Notes under the pieces: model-generated
Told to the model about the DNA's origin: nothing
The model's input: the letters and a program-made list of their open reading frames with translations, nothing else
The model's database searches: none
Part shown: in pieces, positions 26,760 to 38,435 of the stretch
Layout of the letters: each line of letters begins with the position of its first letter
Numbering within the stretch: position 1 is the stretch's first letter
From: Lama guanicoe
Lineage: Eukaryota
Direction of reading: 5' to 3'
Length of the DNA stretch: 64,000 nt
NCBI GenBank assembly: GCA_013239625.1
Contig: MU054323.1
Location: 6,313,220-6,377,219, forward strand
Program-made: the position numbers and the translations under genes

Positions 26760-27310
26760 TCGCAGGAGAGTTCAGCGGGAACCGCCGCTGGCTCTCACTC
26801 CCTCGGAGACCTGTCCCAAGAAAAACTGCCCCAAGTAACTTGCCAGCCTTTCTGCGCAGCAAATTTGGGTTCCTGGCGGGTTTTTTCTACTTTGGGAAAC
26901 AACCCGCGCACTTCGCGGCATCCTGATTTCCCGCGCGTTGCCCCCGCCCCTCGCCGCGCCGCGCCCACTCGGCCCGGGAGCCGCCCTCCCCGCGGGGCTG
27001 GGGCTGAGGCCGGCCGGGTGATAACCCCGAGAGGGAGGGTCGCAGTCTCGGAGCAGCCGTGCGCGATGGCGGTGTCCTCAGAAGGGACTGCCGCCCCGGC
27101 GGTTGAGGCGCCGCTGACCCTGCGGGAAGCGCAAGCCTTCGAGGCCGACTCGGTGAGCGCAAAGCCAGGGGCGCGAGGGGAGCTGGGGCTGAGCCAGGCG
27201 CGGACGGTGGGCGCTGGGCTCCTTCCTGCGCGGGACCGGGCCGGAGGGGTCTCCGGGACCTTCGAGGCGTCTGGGTGTAGCCAGCGGCAGCTCCGCAGGG
27301 TCCATGGCCC
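26760..27310 (+). promoter_or_regulatory. MFSD2B: CpG-island promoter of MFSD2B
   Basis: Dense CpG/GC-rich tract around the ATG at 27066; GC box CCCCGCCCC near 26942-26950; TGATAA at 27019-27024; no TATA box. Confidence 0.85.
27066..27152 (+). CDS. MFSD2B: MFSD2B exon 1 (MAVSSEGTAAPAVEAPLTLREAQAFEADS)
   Basis: gcgATGG Kozak context in CpG island, TCG|GTGAGC donor, 87 nt, phase 0 joins exon 2. N-terminus is poorly conserved, so support is mainly structural. Confidence 0.8.
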
Positions 27311-28729
27311 AAGCCTTCAGGCTGTTGTACTGTCCCTGCTGGGGTTTGACAGTTGAGAGGCAGAGGGTATTCGGTAGTCCTTAGACAGAACAGATTGGGA
27401 AACTGAGTCCTAGCAAGTCACCTGACTTGTCTGAATTCAACTGGTCAGGCATGGTCAGTGTCAGGCTAAGGCTCTTGTCCGTCACACTCCAGGCCTTCCC
27501 TAGTTCTCCTGAACTCTGGGGTGGTAGGACTTTGAATTGTGCGTGTGGAGGCTGCCACCTTTCCTCAATCTCCAGGCAGATGCTGTGGACTTAGCTAACC
27601 TCTCAAACCCTGGCTTCCTCCAGGTCCCAGGCTCTCCTCGCTTGGGATAACTGCCCCCAGAGATGTCCTTCCTGGCTCCGGAGTAAGGGTGGAGGGCAAG
27701 TGGGAACCTAGGGTGTCCTCAGCCTCTCCATATCCCCCACCTCTGTCCTCACTCCGTGCATGGGACTGGGGCGTGCCGTTCAGGGTAGCTGTGTTGAAAA
27801 GGAGTTAGGACGTCTGAGCTTTCTGCTGAATGCAAAAATCCACTGCCAGCTCTGTGCTTAATGCACCCATTCTGTCTATGGCTTCACTTCACCACCACCT
27901 CAATTCCCTGTTGACTCAGTGCTTCCTCTCAGGCACCTCAGAGCAAAAGATTGTGGCCCTCAAGAAAGAATTAGTGAGATAAAGAGGCCCTCTGAGGACT
28001 CTCATTTCCCAGGGAAATTTAAATATTCACAGTGAGATTAATGGCCAGATCAACATTGCCAATTACGTGCTAGCATTTAACTCTCAGGACAACTCTGTGA
28101 GGTGTATTATCCCCCTTCACGTGGGGGGAGATGAAGCTCATCCTCACTGAGTACCTTGCCCTGGTCACACAGCCAGAAATGGCAGGCAGAGAGTTTGGAT
28201 TTAAGCTTGTCTAACTCTGAAACTTGTTCTCAGTTGACTGTGAAGGGCTTATGATTTAAGTAGGTAAAACTGTCTTCCTCAAGATTCCAAGATTGTGTCA
28301 TCTAACTAGTTTCAGCTAGAATGTCTTTTTCAAGTGACTTCTATGTACCAGAAACTTGATAGGTACGTTTAGAGGGAAACCAGAATCCATTATGGAGTGA
28401 GATGTGGGAAGGGCTATCATGTTGGATTCTGCCTGTTGTTAAAGTTTTCTGGAAGTTGAAATAATGTTCACACAAATGTCAGAAAAGGAGACCACATCCT
28501 GCCTCATGTGTAGTTTTCTTCTGTGGGTAGGAAGCATGTGCAGAGGATTTGATAAGCCCTTATCTAGGAAGACCTTCGGTTCAAAAGAGCCCATTTGGGG
28601 TGTCTGGCAAGATACCAAAATGGGCGAAGCAATAGCCCTCTCCACTCCCCCTCCCATGTTCAGGCAAAGGATGAAAAAGAAGGATTCCCAGCATCTTTTG
28701 AAGAAATAGAACTTTACACAGTGTCTTCA

Positions 28730-29520
28730 TAGCATTTATTCTTTCAACAAATATATATTGAGCATCTATATGCCAAGTATTGTTCTAGGTATGAAGGTCA
28801 TGGTGGTGAATAAAATTTATATAGTTCATGCTCGCAGAGAGTTTATATTCTGGTGGAGAGAGGCAGGAAATAAATAAGAATATATCATGTAGTAAGTATA
28901 ATTGAGAGAGGGATTTGGGTGGTTAGGGAAGGCCTCTTAGGCTTCAGCCTGAATGGCAAGGAGTCAGCTCTTGCAAAGACCTGGAGAAAGAGCCTTCCAG
29001 AGAGAAGGGACAGGAAGTGCAAAGGCCCTGAGGCAGCCGCAGGCATGGTCATTTTGAGGAACAGGAAGGAGACTACCATGGTTGGTGAGGTAGCTATCTG
29101 AAGTGAAGTGGGAAAGGGTGTGGGGGCTGATTGGGTGGGCCCCTTGGCTCTATGGGAAGGACTGGAGTTTTGAACAGCTGTCAGAGGGTTTTATATAGAG
29201 ATGAGAAAATCTAATTTATGTTATGAAAAGATCACTTTGGCTGTTGGACAGAGAGTGGACAGTAGGGAATGAGAGTAAAAGTAGGGAAGCCACTTAGGAG
29301 GCTCTCACCAATAGATTAGACAGAGGAATTGGGAAAGAGGAATCAAGATGACTCCTACGTTTGTGGCCTGAATGCAATGGGGACAAGAGGGTTGGGACGT
29401 TTGGACAGTGGAATGGAAATAAGGAGCTGTGTTTTGACCATGCTACACTGAAATGCCTATTCAGCAACCATGTGGGGCTGGGAGTAGACAGTCTAATTTC
29501 GAATTGGGAGTTCACTGGGT
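28730..29520. mobile_element. L2 fragments (others near 37400-37960, 62280-62640, 63230-64000)
   Basis: TTCAACAAATATATATTGAGCATCTA, AAGTGCAAAGGCCCTGAGGCAG, AAAAGATCACTTTGGCTG. Confidence 0.75.
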
Positions 29521-29609
29521 AGCCTAGGGGGTATATATATATGACCCCAGTTATATATATATGTATATATGCACACACACATATTTGGGGTCATAAGGAT
29601 TACTTCCTT

Positions 29610-29790
29610 TCAGTGGTACATTGCCTAAAACTGCAGGGTTTAAAAAAAAAAAAAAAGCTCTGATTTGTAGTGTTTGCTGATTTCTGTGGTGTAAATACTC
29701 TCACCATGGCTGATTTCAGGCTGCCGGTGGTTCAATAATTGGCTTGTGAAAGTCCTGAACATTTAACAGTCAGCCCCCAAAGCCATTGCC
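29610..29790. mobile_element. MER63-like hAT-Blackjack fossil
   Basis: CTGATTTGTAGTGTTTGCTGATTTCTGTGGTGTAAATACTCTCACCATGGCTGATTTCA. Confidence 0.6.
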
Positions 29791-30215
29791 TCATTTGCTC
29801 ATGAAAACAATTGAAATTGGCAGGAATATTCCGTTTGACAGATGAGGCTTAGAGAGGTAAAGTGATTTATTCAGAGTCACTCAGGCAGTTGGTAGCAAAG
29901 CTGGGGGCGCCTCTCAACCCCCAGTTTACTCTGGCTGGCTGATTCAGAAAATACAACAGACTGCAGCAGAAAGCCCTGTGGGGCAGATATAAGTAAGAAC
30001 TTCCCTTGGAAATGTTTACAGGTCATAGTTTAGGATTTTTTTTTTCCTTTTTGTCTCACTTCCTTTTAAGATGATTTGGGACAAATTAGGTCTGAGAGGT
30101 TGCTGGAGAAGCCCTCAAGACATAGAGACTTCAGGATGCTTTTGGAAATCAGGGGGCTGTGGGGAGTTGTGATGTGTCTATGGAAGTGGGGGCTTAGCTC
30201 CTGTGTCTCCCGCAG

Positions 30216-30341
30216 GACAGCAGAGCTGGTCGCCTCTCATTCTGTACAAAGGTGTGTTATGGCATTGGCGGGGTTCCCAACCAGGTGGCCTCAAGCGCCG
30301 TAGCCTTTTACCTGCAACTCTTCCTGCTTGATGTGGCACAG
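30216..30341 (+). CDS. MFSD2B: MFSD2B exon 2 ([27 protein letters not shown]...DVAQ); MFS sphingosine-1-phosphate exporter
   Basis: cgcag acceptor, CAG|GTGAGT donor, 126 nt; peptide matches recalled MFSD2B. Confidence 0.97.
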
Positions 30342-31461
30342 GTGAGTGTGGACAGCAGCCCCGGGGCCCTCTACTGTCTGTCATCTTCCCTGGTGTCTGG
30401 TTCTTTCACCCCACCTTTACTTCCACCCACACCATCCTTGGCACGTGGCACTTCCAAGCTTGACAGAAAACCAAATGCTACTGAAGGCAGTCTCCTTATG
30501 GATATTTATTTTAGGCTGTTTGTAGTGGAAAAATGTGAAACAATGTGGATGTCCAACAATATAGAAGTAATTGGATAATAAGTTGAGCTATATCCGTATA
30601 ATGGACTAATGTGTAGTCGTTCAAAAGGATGAGTTAGACCCATACTAGTTGACGTGGAGGGATTTTCATTATGCACTAACTAGTGAAGAAAGTTAGTTTT
30701 AGAGAAGGGTGTAAAATGATCCCATTTTACCAAAGACATGCCATATATTTGTGTGTGCATAGGTATATTGACATGTATATGTCTGTACATGATTAAAGGA
30801 TGAGCATGGACTAAGTAATTTCCAGAAGGATATCCACCAGACTGTTAATGCTGAGTTTAGGAAGGAATGGTGGAGGATAGAGTGCAAGCAAAAATGAACA
30901 TTTTAATAAGGCAGCCATGATTTTTTTTAAAATGACACTGCTATGATCCTATTTATGTAAAATTAAAAATTGCAAATGCACATAAAGAAATGCATGAAAG
31001 GATGATCAAAATGCTTCTGGTAGTTGTCTCAGGATGGTGGAATTTCAGATGAGCTTTGGTCAATATTTTTCTGTACTGTTTGGTTGTGTTTATGAGTGTA
31101 TCATTTATGTCATCAGAAAAATCAATAAAACATTTACATTGCATAACACAAGGTCTGCCTCTGACTGTTGGCCTCGGTGCACCCTTCTTACACTGAGCAA
31201 CTTAGGTGAGAGTCTCTCAGTCTTCTCCAAAAGTGACTGGGCTTAAGTATAACAGCAATGTGCTGGTGTTCAGCTGCTCCTTCACTGGTTCAGATGTGCC
31301 CTCAGAGCCTTCTGGGCTCAGGTCCTGGGGAAGAGACCGAATAGACACTGGGACTCCAGCCGCAGCCGGTTTCCCAGATCTTCCTCCTGCTGGGCAGGCA
31401 GTCCCAGACACCCCCTCTGACTCTGCTAGGCCTTGGCTGTCCCCTCCCCTGTCCCTTTCAG

Positions 31462-31586
31462 ATCTCTGCTGCCCAGGTGTCACTTGTCCTGTTTGGAGGG
31501 AAGGTGTTTGGGGCAGCTGCCGACCCTCTGGCTGGGTTCTTCATCAACAGAAGCAGGAGGACAGGGTCTGGACGACTCATGCCCTG
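31462..31586 (+). CDS. MFSD2B: MFSD2B exon 3 ([15 protein letters not shown]...GRLMPW)
   Basis: tttcag acceptor, TG|GTGAGC donor, 125 nt; GRLMPW is an MFSD2-family motif. Confidence 0.97.
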
Positions 31587-32132
31587 GTGAGCAGCCCCGT
31601 GGATCTTAGGATCCTGGCACCCATCCCTGGCTTGAGGTCACTGTGTTTGTCACAGCCCTGCTTTTTAGTGGAAAACCCTGTGGATGGTTAGAGACAAAAC
31701 TGGACAGTAGGTGACGGGAATGGATTGAGTCAGACTGCATCATACAGGAATTCAGAGACATTCCTGGGGGCTCTTCCTCACCTGGTGGCACAGGACTGTT
31801 CAAAGCCTCCCAGAGGTTTAGGAGTGTGTTTGGGCTGGGCTGGACATCTTGGAAGATCTCACAGAGGAGATAACAATTGCTTCTGTCTCAGGGTCCTGGA
31901 TACAGGGAATGGCACCACGGAGCCCCCAAGCACCCCAGCCCCCAGTCCCAGCCACCTCCTCATCCCATTAGCCACTTCTCCCCCTCCATGGCTCCCACGG
32001 TGAGAGCTCCAGCCCAGGGCTTCTCTAGGGGTAGAGGGCTTATGCCCAGAGAGGTGAGGGTGCTCCAGGCCCACCCTTTGCATCCCCTGTCCTGGTGTTC
32101 CAGGGCACTCAACCTAGGCTGTGCTTCCACAG

Positions 32133-32256
32133 GGTGCTGGGCTGCATGCCCTTCATTGCCTTGGCCTACTTCTTCCTGTGGTACCTGTCCCCCTTCAACA
32201 GCCTGCGAGGCCTCTGGTACATGACCTTCTACTACCTGTTCCAGGCTCTGGCCACG
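32133..32256 (+). CDS. MFSD2B: MFSD2B exon 4 ([16 protein letters not shown]...FQALAT)
   Basis: ccacag acceptor, ACG|GTAAGC donor, 124 nt. Confidence 0.97.
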
Positions 32257-32569
32257 GTAAGCAGGTGGCCCCGCTTCCTGGGCCTGGACTCCTGGAACCC
32301 CATTACTAGCCGGTGGCCACTGTGAAGTGTGTGTGTGGTAGGGGTAGGTGTCCAGGTTCCCACTGCCCACCTGCTCACCAGTGCCTGCTGATCTACCACT
32401 AGCTCTTCTCATGGGCTCTAGGCTAGCTATCCCTCCTGCCCCTCACCCCTAACGCCTGGGAGATCAGTGGGGATGTGCCAGCCTGGTGTGGGCCTAGGCT
32501 TGGGAAGCTGTGGCCCGGGTTGGCAGTCTGGCGGTAGGAGCCATCCCATGCTCTGTCTGGGCGCCCCAG

Positions 32570-32648
32570 TTCTTCCAGGTGCCCTACACAGCGCTGATCA
32601 TGCTCCTGACCCCCAACCCCAGGGAGCGGGACTCCGGCACTGCATACC
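32570..32648 (+). CDS. MFSD2B: MFSD2B exon 5 ([26 protein letters not shown])
   Basis: ccccag acceptor, C|GTGAGT donor, 79 nt. Confidence 0.96.
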
Positions 32649-32740
32649 GTGAGTGCACGCTGGTGGGGGTAGGGTGGGGTGAGATGGCTCTGCCCCCGGG
32701 CCCCATGAGCTCCATCACCTTGCTCTGTGTTCCATCCCAG

Positions 32741-32871
32741 GGATGACCATGGAGATGGCAGGGACACTGATGGGCGCCACCATCCATGGACTCATTGTGT
32801 CTGGTGCCCACGGGTCCCAAAGGTGTGAGGAGGCCACGTTCCCAGGGCAGGTGGCCGTTGCCCCCAGTGCG
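32741..32871 (+). CDS. MFSD2B: MFSD2B exon 6 ([20 protein letters not shown]...APSA)
   Basis: tcccag acceptor, GCG|GTGAGT donor, 131 nt. Confidence 0.96.
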
Positions 32872-34688
32872 GTGAGTGCCCAGACTGCCTGGACCCACTG
32901 GGTCCCCCACTTCAGGGTCGCCTCTTCCTTCCAGGGCCACTTCTCCCCCAGGTCTCTTCATGGTTACTGGGGGCTCAGCTCTGCACACCACACCCTCCAA
33001 TTTGTTCCCTGCTCTTCTGAGCCCATGAAACCCATCCTCCCCGCTAAACCTGCTTCTCCCCCTGGGTGCCACCTAAACATAGAGTAAAAGGATGGATCAG
33101 CAGGCCATCTGGAGGGGAGGAGGTAGACCACAGAGAAGGGAAAGAGGTGGGGAAGGGCCACAGGCAGGGGCAGGGGAGAGGGACAGCAGAAGGGCTTGGC
33201 GTCCTGGCAGAGCTCCGGGTAAAGCCCCACCCCCAGTGTGAAAGGAGAATAGAAACCTGGGGCAGTAGCCCTTCCTCTCCTCTCAAAGCAGGTCCCTCTT
33301 CAGCAATTAGGGGAAGTTCATCTATTTATCGGTCAAGTTCATCTTCTATTCCTCCCCTTTCTCCTTAAGCAAAACACATCACTGTCTTCCACCAACATCT
33401 GAGACTCAATGGTATGAGAATAATAACACCAACACCCATGGCTCACCACTCTTAAGAACGCATTACATGAAGTCCTTGCGTACTCATCCCCAGACCCATC
33501 TGCAGCTCAGCTACAGAATTTGCCTGTGTAGAGTGCAAAAATGAAACTTTAGGCCCCCAGAGAGTGTGGGGAAGTCAGTCCTCTGTCCCACAGCTCACCG
33601 CCCCAATCACGGGATTGCCTGGATCAGGGTTGGTGAGAGGCTCCACCCAGTTGTCCTCAGAACCCATCATGGTGCTGCCAATCGAAGACCAGAGGCCTGC
33701 ACCCTTGCCCCTCCCAGATTTACCCTCCCCACTTCCATGACTGGGCCCCTCTGAGGTCTCTACAAGCCCCCTCTCCAAAGCTACTAGGTGGGTTGCTGTC
33801 TGGGTGAGAGTGGAACAGAGGGTGGCAGTGGCCTCTTGGGTTGGAGAGCAAGAGGCTGGGTGGGTCCTGGGGTGCCAAGAAGTAGGGAGCAGGAGGCTGA
33901 GAACCACCTTCAGGACACGGAGCCTCGTGTGAGCCAAGGTGCAAAGCATTCAGGTGCCTGTTGGTAGTTCCAGCTCTATTGTCCCATCAAATTCATTTAC
34001 ATAACACAAATTTGTAGATAAAATCATCAAGAATTTCAGGACAGCTGAGCATCAACTTCCAAGTGCCGCGCCTTCTGAACGTGGGGCCCCATACAACTGT
34101 GCTGCAGCTGCACGGGTGAAGCCCTGCCCGCCTCCCCCACCAGAAACAGCCCTTATCCTGAACTGAATGACTGACTCCCATGCGTGTCTTATGTGTACTT
34201 TATTACCTCTGATAGGAGGCACCATGTCTGGTTTTGACGTTTATCTGGGTCATCGTGCCTCACACTGTGCTGTAACTGTCTATTCTTGGGTCTGCGTCGT
34301 CCCCAAGCCCGACACACACACACCCTCCAAGCCGCTTACTGTGGATGCACAGAGGTCACTTACTCACCACAGTGACCTCAGGGTCTAGCACACAGAAATC
34401 AGCAGCAACGAATGTTTGCTTAAAAAAATGAGAGGGGGTGGGGCATGGGTTAGACCCATGGTGTCATGGGTGCACGCAGGAGGCACGGCGTCAGCAGAAG
34501 GACCATTCTGGCCCCTTAGATCTCCCTCCCCTGCTGGGCTGATTGGGAGGCGGGGCACCGAGCATCCTTAACCTTGGGCAGTGGGTCCCTCGGCTCCCAC
34601 TGGGAGGTATTCCTGCCCGTCCCCTACGTGTTCCCACCTCCATTGGTTGGTGATGTCATCCTCACTGAAGTTCTGTCCTGTCCTCCAG

Positions 34689-34779
34689 GCTCGTCTCTAC
34701 TCCATTGCAGCCGCTGTGGTTGCTGTGACTTACCCTGTGTGCAGTGGTTTGCTCTGCCTCGGCGTGAAGGAGCGACCAG
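34689..34779 (+). CDS. MFSD2B: MFSD2B exon 7 ([11 protein letters not shown]...GVKERP)
   Basis: ctccag acceptor, CAG|GTACGG donor, 91 nt. Confidence 0.96.
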
Positions 34780-34895
34780 GTACGGCATGGGGGTGAAGGC
34801 ATTGTAGGAAACAGCAGCTAGGACAGGGCCCCTCTTGGGTGTGGGTTTTGGTTTTGAACTCCACGAAGCCATGGTGTCCCCTTCCTGTGTTGCAG

Positions 34896-35017
34896 ACCCC
34901 TCTGCCACAGCCGCTGGCCAGGGCCTGAGCTTCCTGTCTGGGCTGTGCCTCACAGTCCGGCACCCGCCCTACCTGAAGCTGGTCATCTCCTTCCTGTTCA
35001 TCTCAGCAGCCGTTCAG
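34896..35017 (+). CDS. MFSD2B: MFSD2B exon 8 ([13 protein letters not shown]...[19 protein letters not shown])
   Basis: ttgcag acceptor, CAG|GTACCT donor, 122 nt. Confidence 0.96.
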
Positions 35018-35459
35018 GTACCTCCAGCCAGACAGATCCGCATTGGCTTGGCTGTGGCCATACTGACCCTGCATACGTCCAGGTTCAGTTTTTCGTCTCC
35101 ACCGCAACACAGAGGAACCAGTGGCTTGCATGGGCCCGGCAAGGCTGGTGCTAGGAGGAGAGAATGGAGCCTGTGGGACTGGGGAGGGTCAGGGCCAGGC
35201 ACCGGGAAGCTGACAGTGTCTGGGGTGGTAAAGTCCACAGCTTTCAGCTGTGCCAGGGAGGGGGACTAGGAATGGCGTTTATACCTGTGTCAGGTATAAG
35301 CATCCCTTGTTGGGGAGAATACGCCATCCTGCCATGATGCAGGCAGGACCAGAGCTCAAGTTCCCAAAGGGGAGGCCAGACTTGAGACCTAGACCTTGCC
35401 CTTGACTTCCAAGTTTCTACCATTTCCTGTACACGCCCACTTCCTATCGACCTCCTCAG

Positions 35460-35543
35460 GTGGAGCAGAGCTACCTTGTCCTGTTCTGTACACACGCCTC
35501 CCGGCTACATGACCATGTCCAGAACGTGGTGCTAACCATCCTG
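35460..35543 (+). CDS. MFSD2B: MFSD2B exon 9 ([28 protein letters not shown])
   Basis: cctcag acceptor, CTG|GTGAGG donor, 84 nt. Confidence 0.96.
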
Positions 35544-35846
35544 GTGAGGGGGCCTGGGGTGGTGGGGGCAAGGCCATTCAGGGTCCTGAGTTGGGGACGT
35601 GTGGGCCTTAACATGACATGTGTGGCCCAAGTTCTGATGGTCAACACTGGGACTCTGCTGTGGTCTTAGTCACCTGCGTTTCAGCAGAGGGTGGGATTGG
35701 GGCCAGGGTCATAAAGTTCATAACCACAGGTTCCAACCAGAGTGGGAGGTTGAAGTTGGGCATCCCACCTAAAACCCAGGGCTCTGAGAACCTGGCAAAG
35801 GCGCTGTGATGATTCTGCTGGGCTGTGATGATTCTGCTGCTTACAG

Positions 35847-35927
35847 GTCTCAGCAGTCCTGAGCACCCCACTCTGGGAGTGGCTTCTACAGCGATTTGGG
35901 AAGAGGATGTCGGCCTTCGGTATCTGT
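35847..35927 (+). CDS. MFSD2B: MFSD2B exon 10 ([27 protein letters not shown])
   Basis: ttacag acceptor, TGT|GTGAGT donor, 81 nt. Confidence 0.96.
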
Positions 35928-36149
35928 GTGAGTGAGGCGGGAAGCAAGGGTGATGTTGCGGGGGATGTGACCTTGAAGCCTGAGCCTCCTCCTGGGGGTC
36001 AGCAGGGCTGCATCTGTATTCGCTGTGTCCTCAGTGCCCAGCACAGAACCAGGCACAGGGGCTCATCAGTGAAGACTGGTGAGTGTGTGAATCAAACAGC
36101 AAGGGGGAGGTGCAGCTGGAGGGAGCAGCTAGTGTGTCTGTCTCCCTAG

Positions 36150-36259
36150 GGGATAGTGCCGTTTGCAATCCTGTTGGCTGCTGTGCCCACAGCACCCGTG
36201 GCGTATGTCGTGGCCTTTGTGTCTGGCGTGAGCATTGCTGTGTCCTTGCTGCTGCCCTG
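36150..36259 (+). CDS. MFSD2B: MFSD2B exon 11 ([13 protein letters not shown]...SLLLPW)
   Basis: ccctag acceptor, TG|GTAGGC donor, 110 nt. Confidence 0.96.
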
Positions 36260-36604
36260 GTAGGCTGGGTGAGGGGAAAGGGGTATGGGAGCCCTGTGCA
36301 CGTGAACCTGCTGTCCCAGGCCCCTTGTGTCCAGCCTGTGCTGGGGAGGGGCTCTCCCACTTACGGGAGATGGAGGCCACGAGCTCGGTCCTTGGAGCCC
36401 TCCTAAAAGAGCACAAGACAGCAGGAAGGGTGGACAGCTGTGTGTTGGGGAAATACAAGCACACTTATTCCCTGGCTCTGTGGGCCAGTCCTGGTCCTGG
36501 GCAGCAGGGACCCAGGGGTGACTCAGTCTCTGTCCCCAGGGAGTTCACAGGCTGGTGGCTGTCAAAGGGATAAAAGGGATAACTCTGCAGCCCCCTCTCC
36601 CCAG

Positions 36605-36754
36605 GTCCATGCTTCCAGATGTGGTGGATGACTTCCAGCTGCAGCACCAGCACCAGCACGGCCCAGGGCTGGAGACCATCTTCTACTCATCCTATGTCTT
36701 CTTCACCAAGCTTTCAGGCGCAGGCGCCCTGGGCATCTCCACTCTCAGCCTGGA
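36605..36754 (+). CDS. MFSD2B: MFSD2B exon 12 ([35 protein letters not shown]...SL)
   Basis: ccccag acceptor, GA|GTGAGT donor, 150 nt; SMLPDV and FYSxYVFFTK family motifs. Confidence 0.97.
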
Positions 36755-37133
36755 GTGAGTCCCAGAGTTGGGTTGTACCAGAGGCACGAAAGACTCGCGG
36801 CGTGGGAAGAAAGGGCAGAGTCCCCCACCCGAGCCAGCCAGGGGCCACCCATGAGTCTGGAGAGTGTGGGGGAACCCCCTGCCCCAGCTTTCTCTGCGCA
36901 CATGACTGAGAATTGGCATTTCTTGGTGGCTGTACCCCTTCTGAAGCCTCTGCTTTCCCCATTCTCAGTTCTCTCTGACTCCTCCCTGGCCTGCCCATTC
37001 CCTCAACTGTTAGGCTTATTTGGCCATGAAATGAATTCGTTTCCAGATAGTGTGGTGGGCATCTGGGACCCCTTTTTCCGGCAGCCAGGCTTGGTAGGAT
37101 CTGAACTCAATGCATAGGATGGTGTTTCTCCAG

Positions 37134-37310
37134 CTTTGCGGGCTATGAGGCAGGAGCCTGCAAGCAGGCGGAGCAGGTGGTGGTGACCCTCAAAGTCCTC
37201 ATCGGTGCCGTGCCTACCTGCATGATTCTCACCGGTGTGTGCATCCTCATGGTCGGCCCCACTCCAAAGGTGCCACGTCAGGACACCCCCCGCCCGCGGA
37301 GCCTTCGGAG
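37134..37310 (+). CDS. MFSD2B: MFSD2B exon 13 ([11 protein letters not shown]...RSLR)
   Basis: ctccag acceptor, AG|GTGGGC donor, 177 nt. Confidence 0.94.
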
Positions 37311-38435
37311 GTGGGCACCCCGCACACATGGGTACACACATCAGGACTACCAACACCCAGGGAGGCAGAGGGCCGTGCAGTGGTGTGGGACTGACTAACC
37401 AGGCCGCAGGTCTCCTTGCGGTATTTACACAGCTGGACAGGCCTGCCTTTGGAGACTCTTTCCTAAGCTTCAGTGATGCCATCTTCTCTTGGATTTTCTT
37501 CTACGACTCTGCTCATCCCATCTCAGTCTCCTTCCTTCCATCACCTGCTGGGTGGTGGTATGGGAGGCCTCCCTTCTTGGCCCCTATTCCTTCTGCTCTC
37601 CAGGCACCTCAGCTACTTGCTTGACCTCAGGCACCTCTTGTGCCTGGTAAGTTCTCAATCTGCCCCGCTCCAGGACCTCCTTCAAATTCCAGATCTACAT
37701 GTCCAGCTGTCATTTGGACATCTCCACCTGGTGTCTCACAAGCACGGCAGTCAGTCTTAATGCCCCAAGCTAAATTCATTTTCACCCCAATTTCTCCTCC
37801 TACTGTACCCCCGTCCCAGTGAACTGCATCTCCTTGCAGCCTGGGACCCCAAACCTAGGAATCATCTTCTACCCTTCCTGCCACAGGCTGCACTGAGCAG
37901 CTCTCTGGCCTTGTCCTTCCCCTTTCAAAGCACCGATCTCACTGCGCAGGGACGATATGCTCACTGCCTGGCTCTCCTAGTAGACTACAGGGACCTTGAT
38001 GGCTGGGGCTGAGTTTTATTCATTTTTGTGGCCCAAGAGCTCCACACAGAGCCTGAGGCCAAGGAGGTGTTGCAGTATTAACATGTCTGGTCCAGCAGAC
38101 ATTCACAAGCCATGTCCACATTTTTGCAGGTGCTCATACACTTACAAATACAAGCATATGTCCATACAGAGGACCACACAGGATAGGCAGGAAGTGGCAT
38201 CACCGTGGGCCCCTCCCTGCCTTGGACTCTAGCTCATCATACTGAGATCACGCGTTACACTCAGGGAATGACACATGGATGGGGAACTGCTTGATGGGAC
38301 TTAGAGAAACCAGGTTGTAGCTTCATTCACAAGGTCAAGAAGGTGAGCTATTGCGAGGAAGACAAGGACCAGCCACTGATACTTCTACAGGACCCCACTC
38401 CACCCATATCCTTCTCTTTGGCTTCTTTCCTACAG

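Noticed and set aside
26865..27356. Overlapping 75-163 aa ORFs on both strands at the MFSD2B promoter
   Set aside because: Stop-poor CpG island; only 27066-27152 has a Kozak ATG and a phase-compatible donor.
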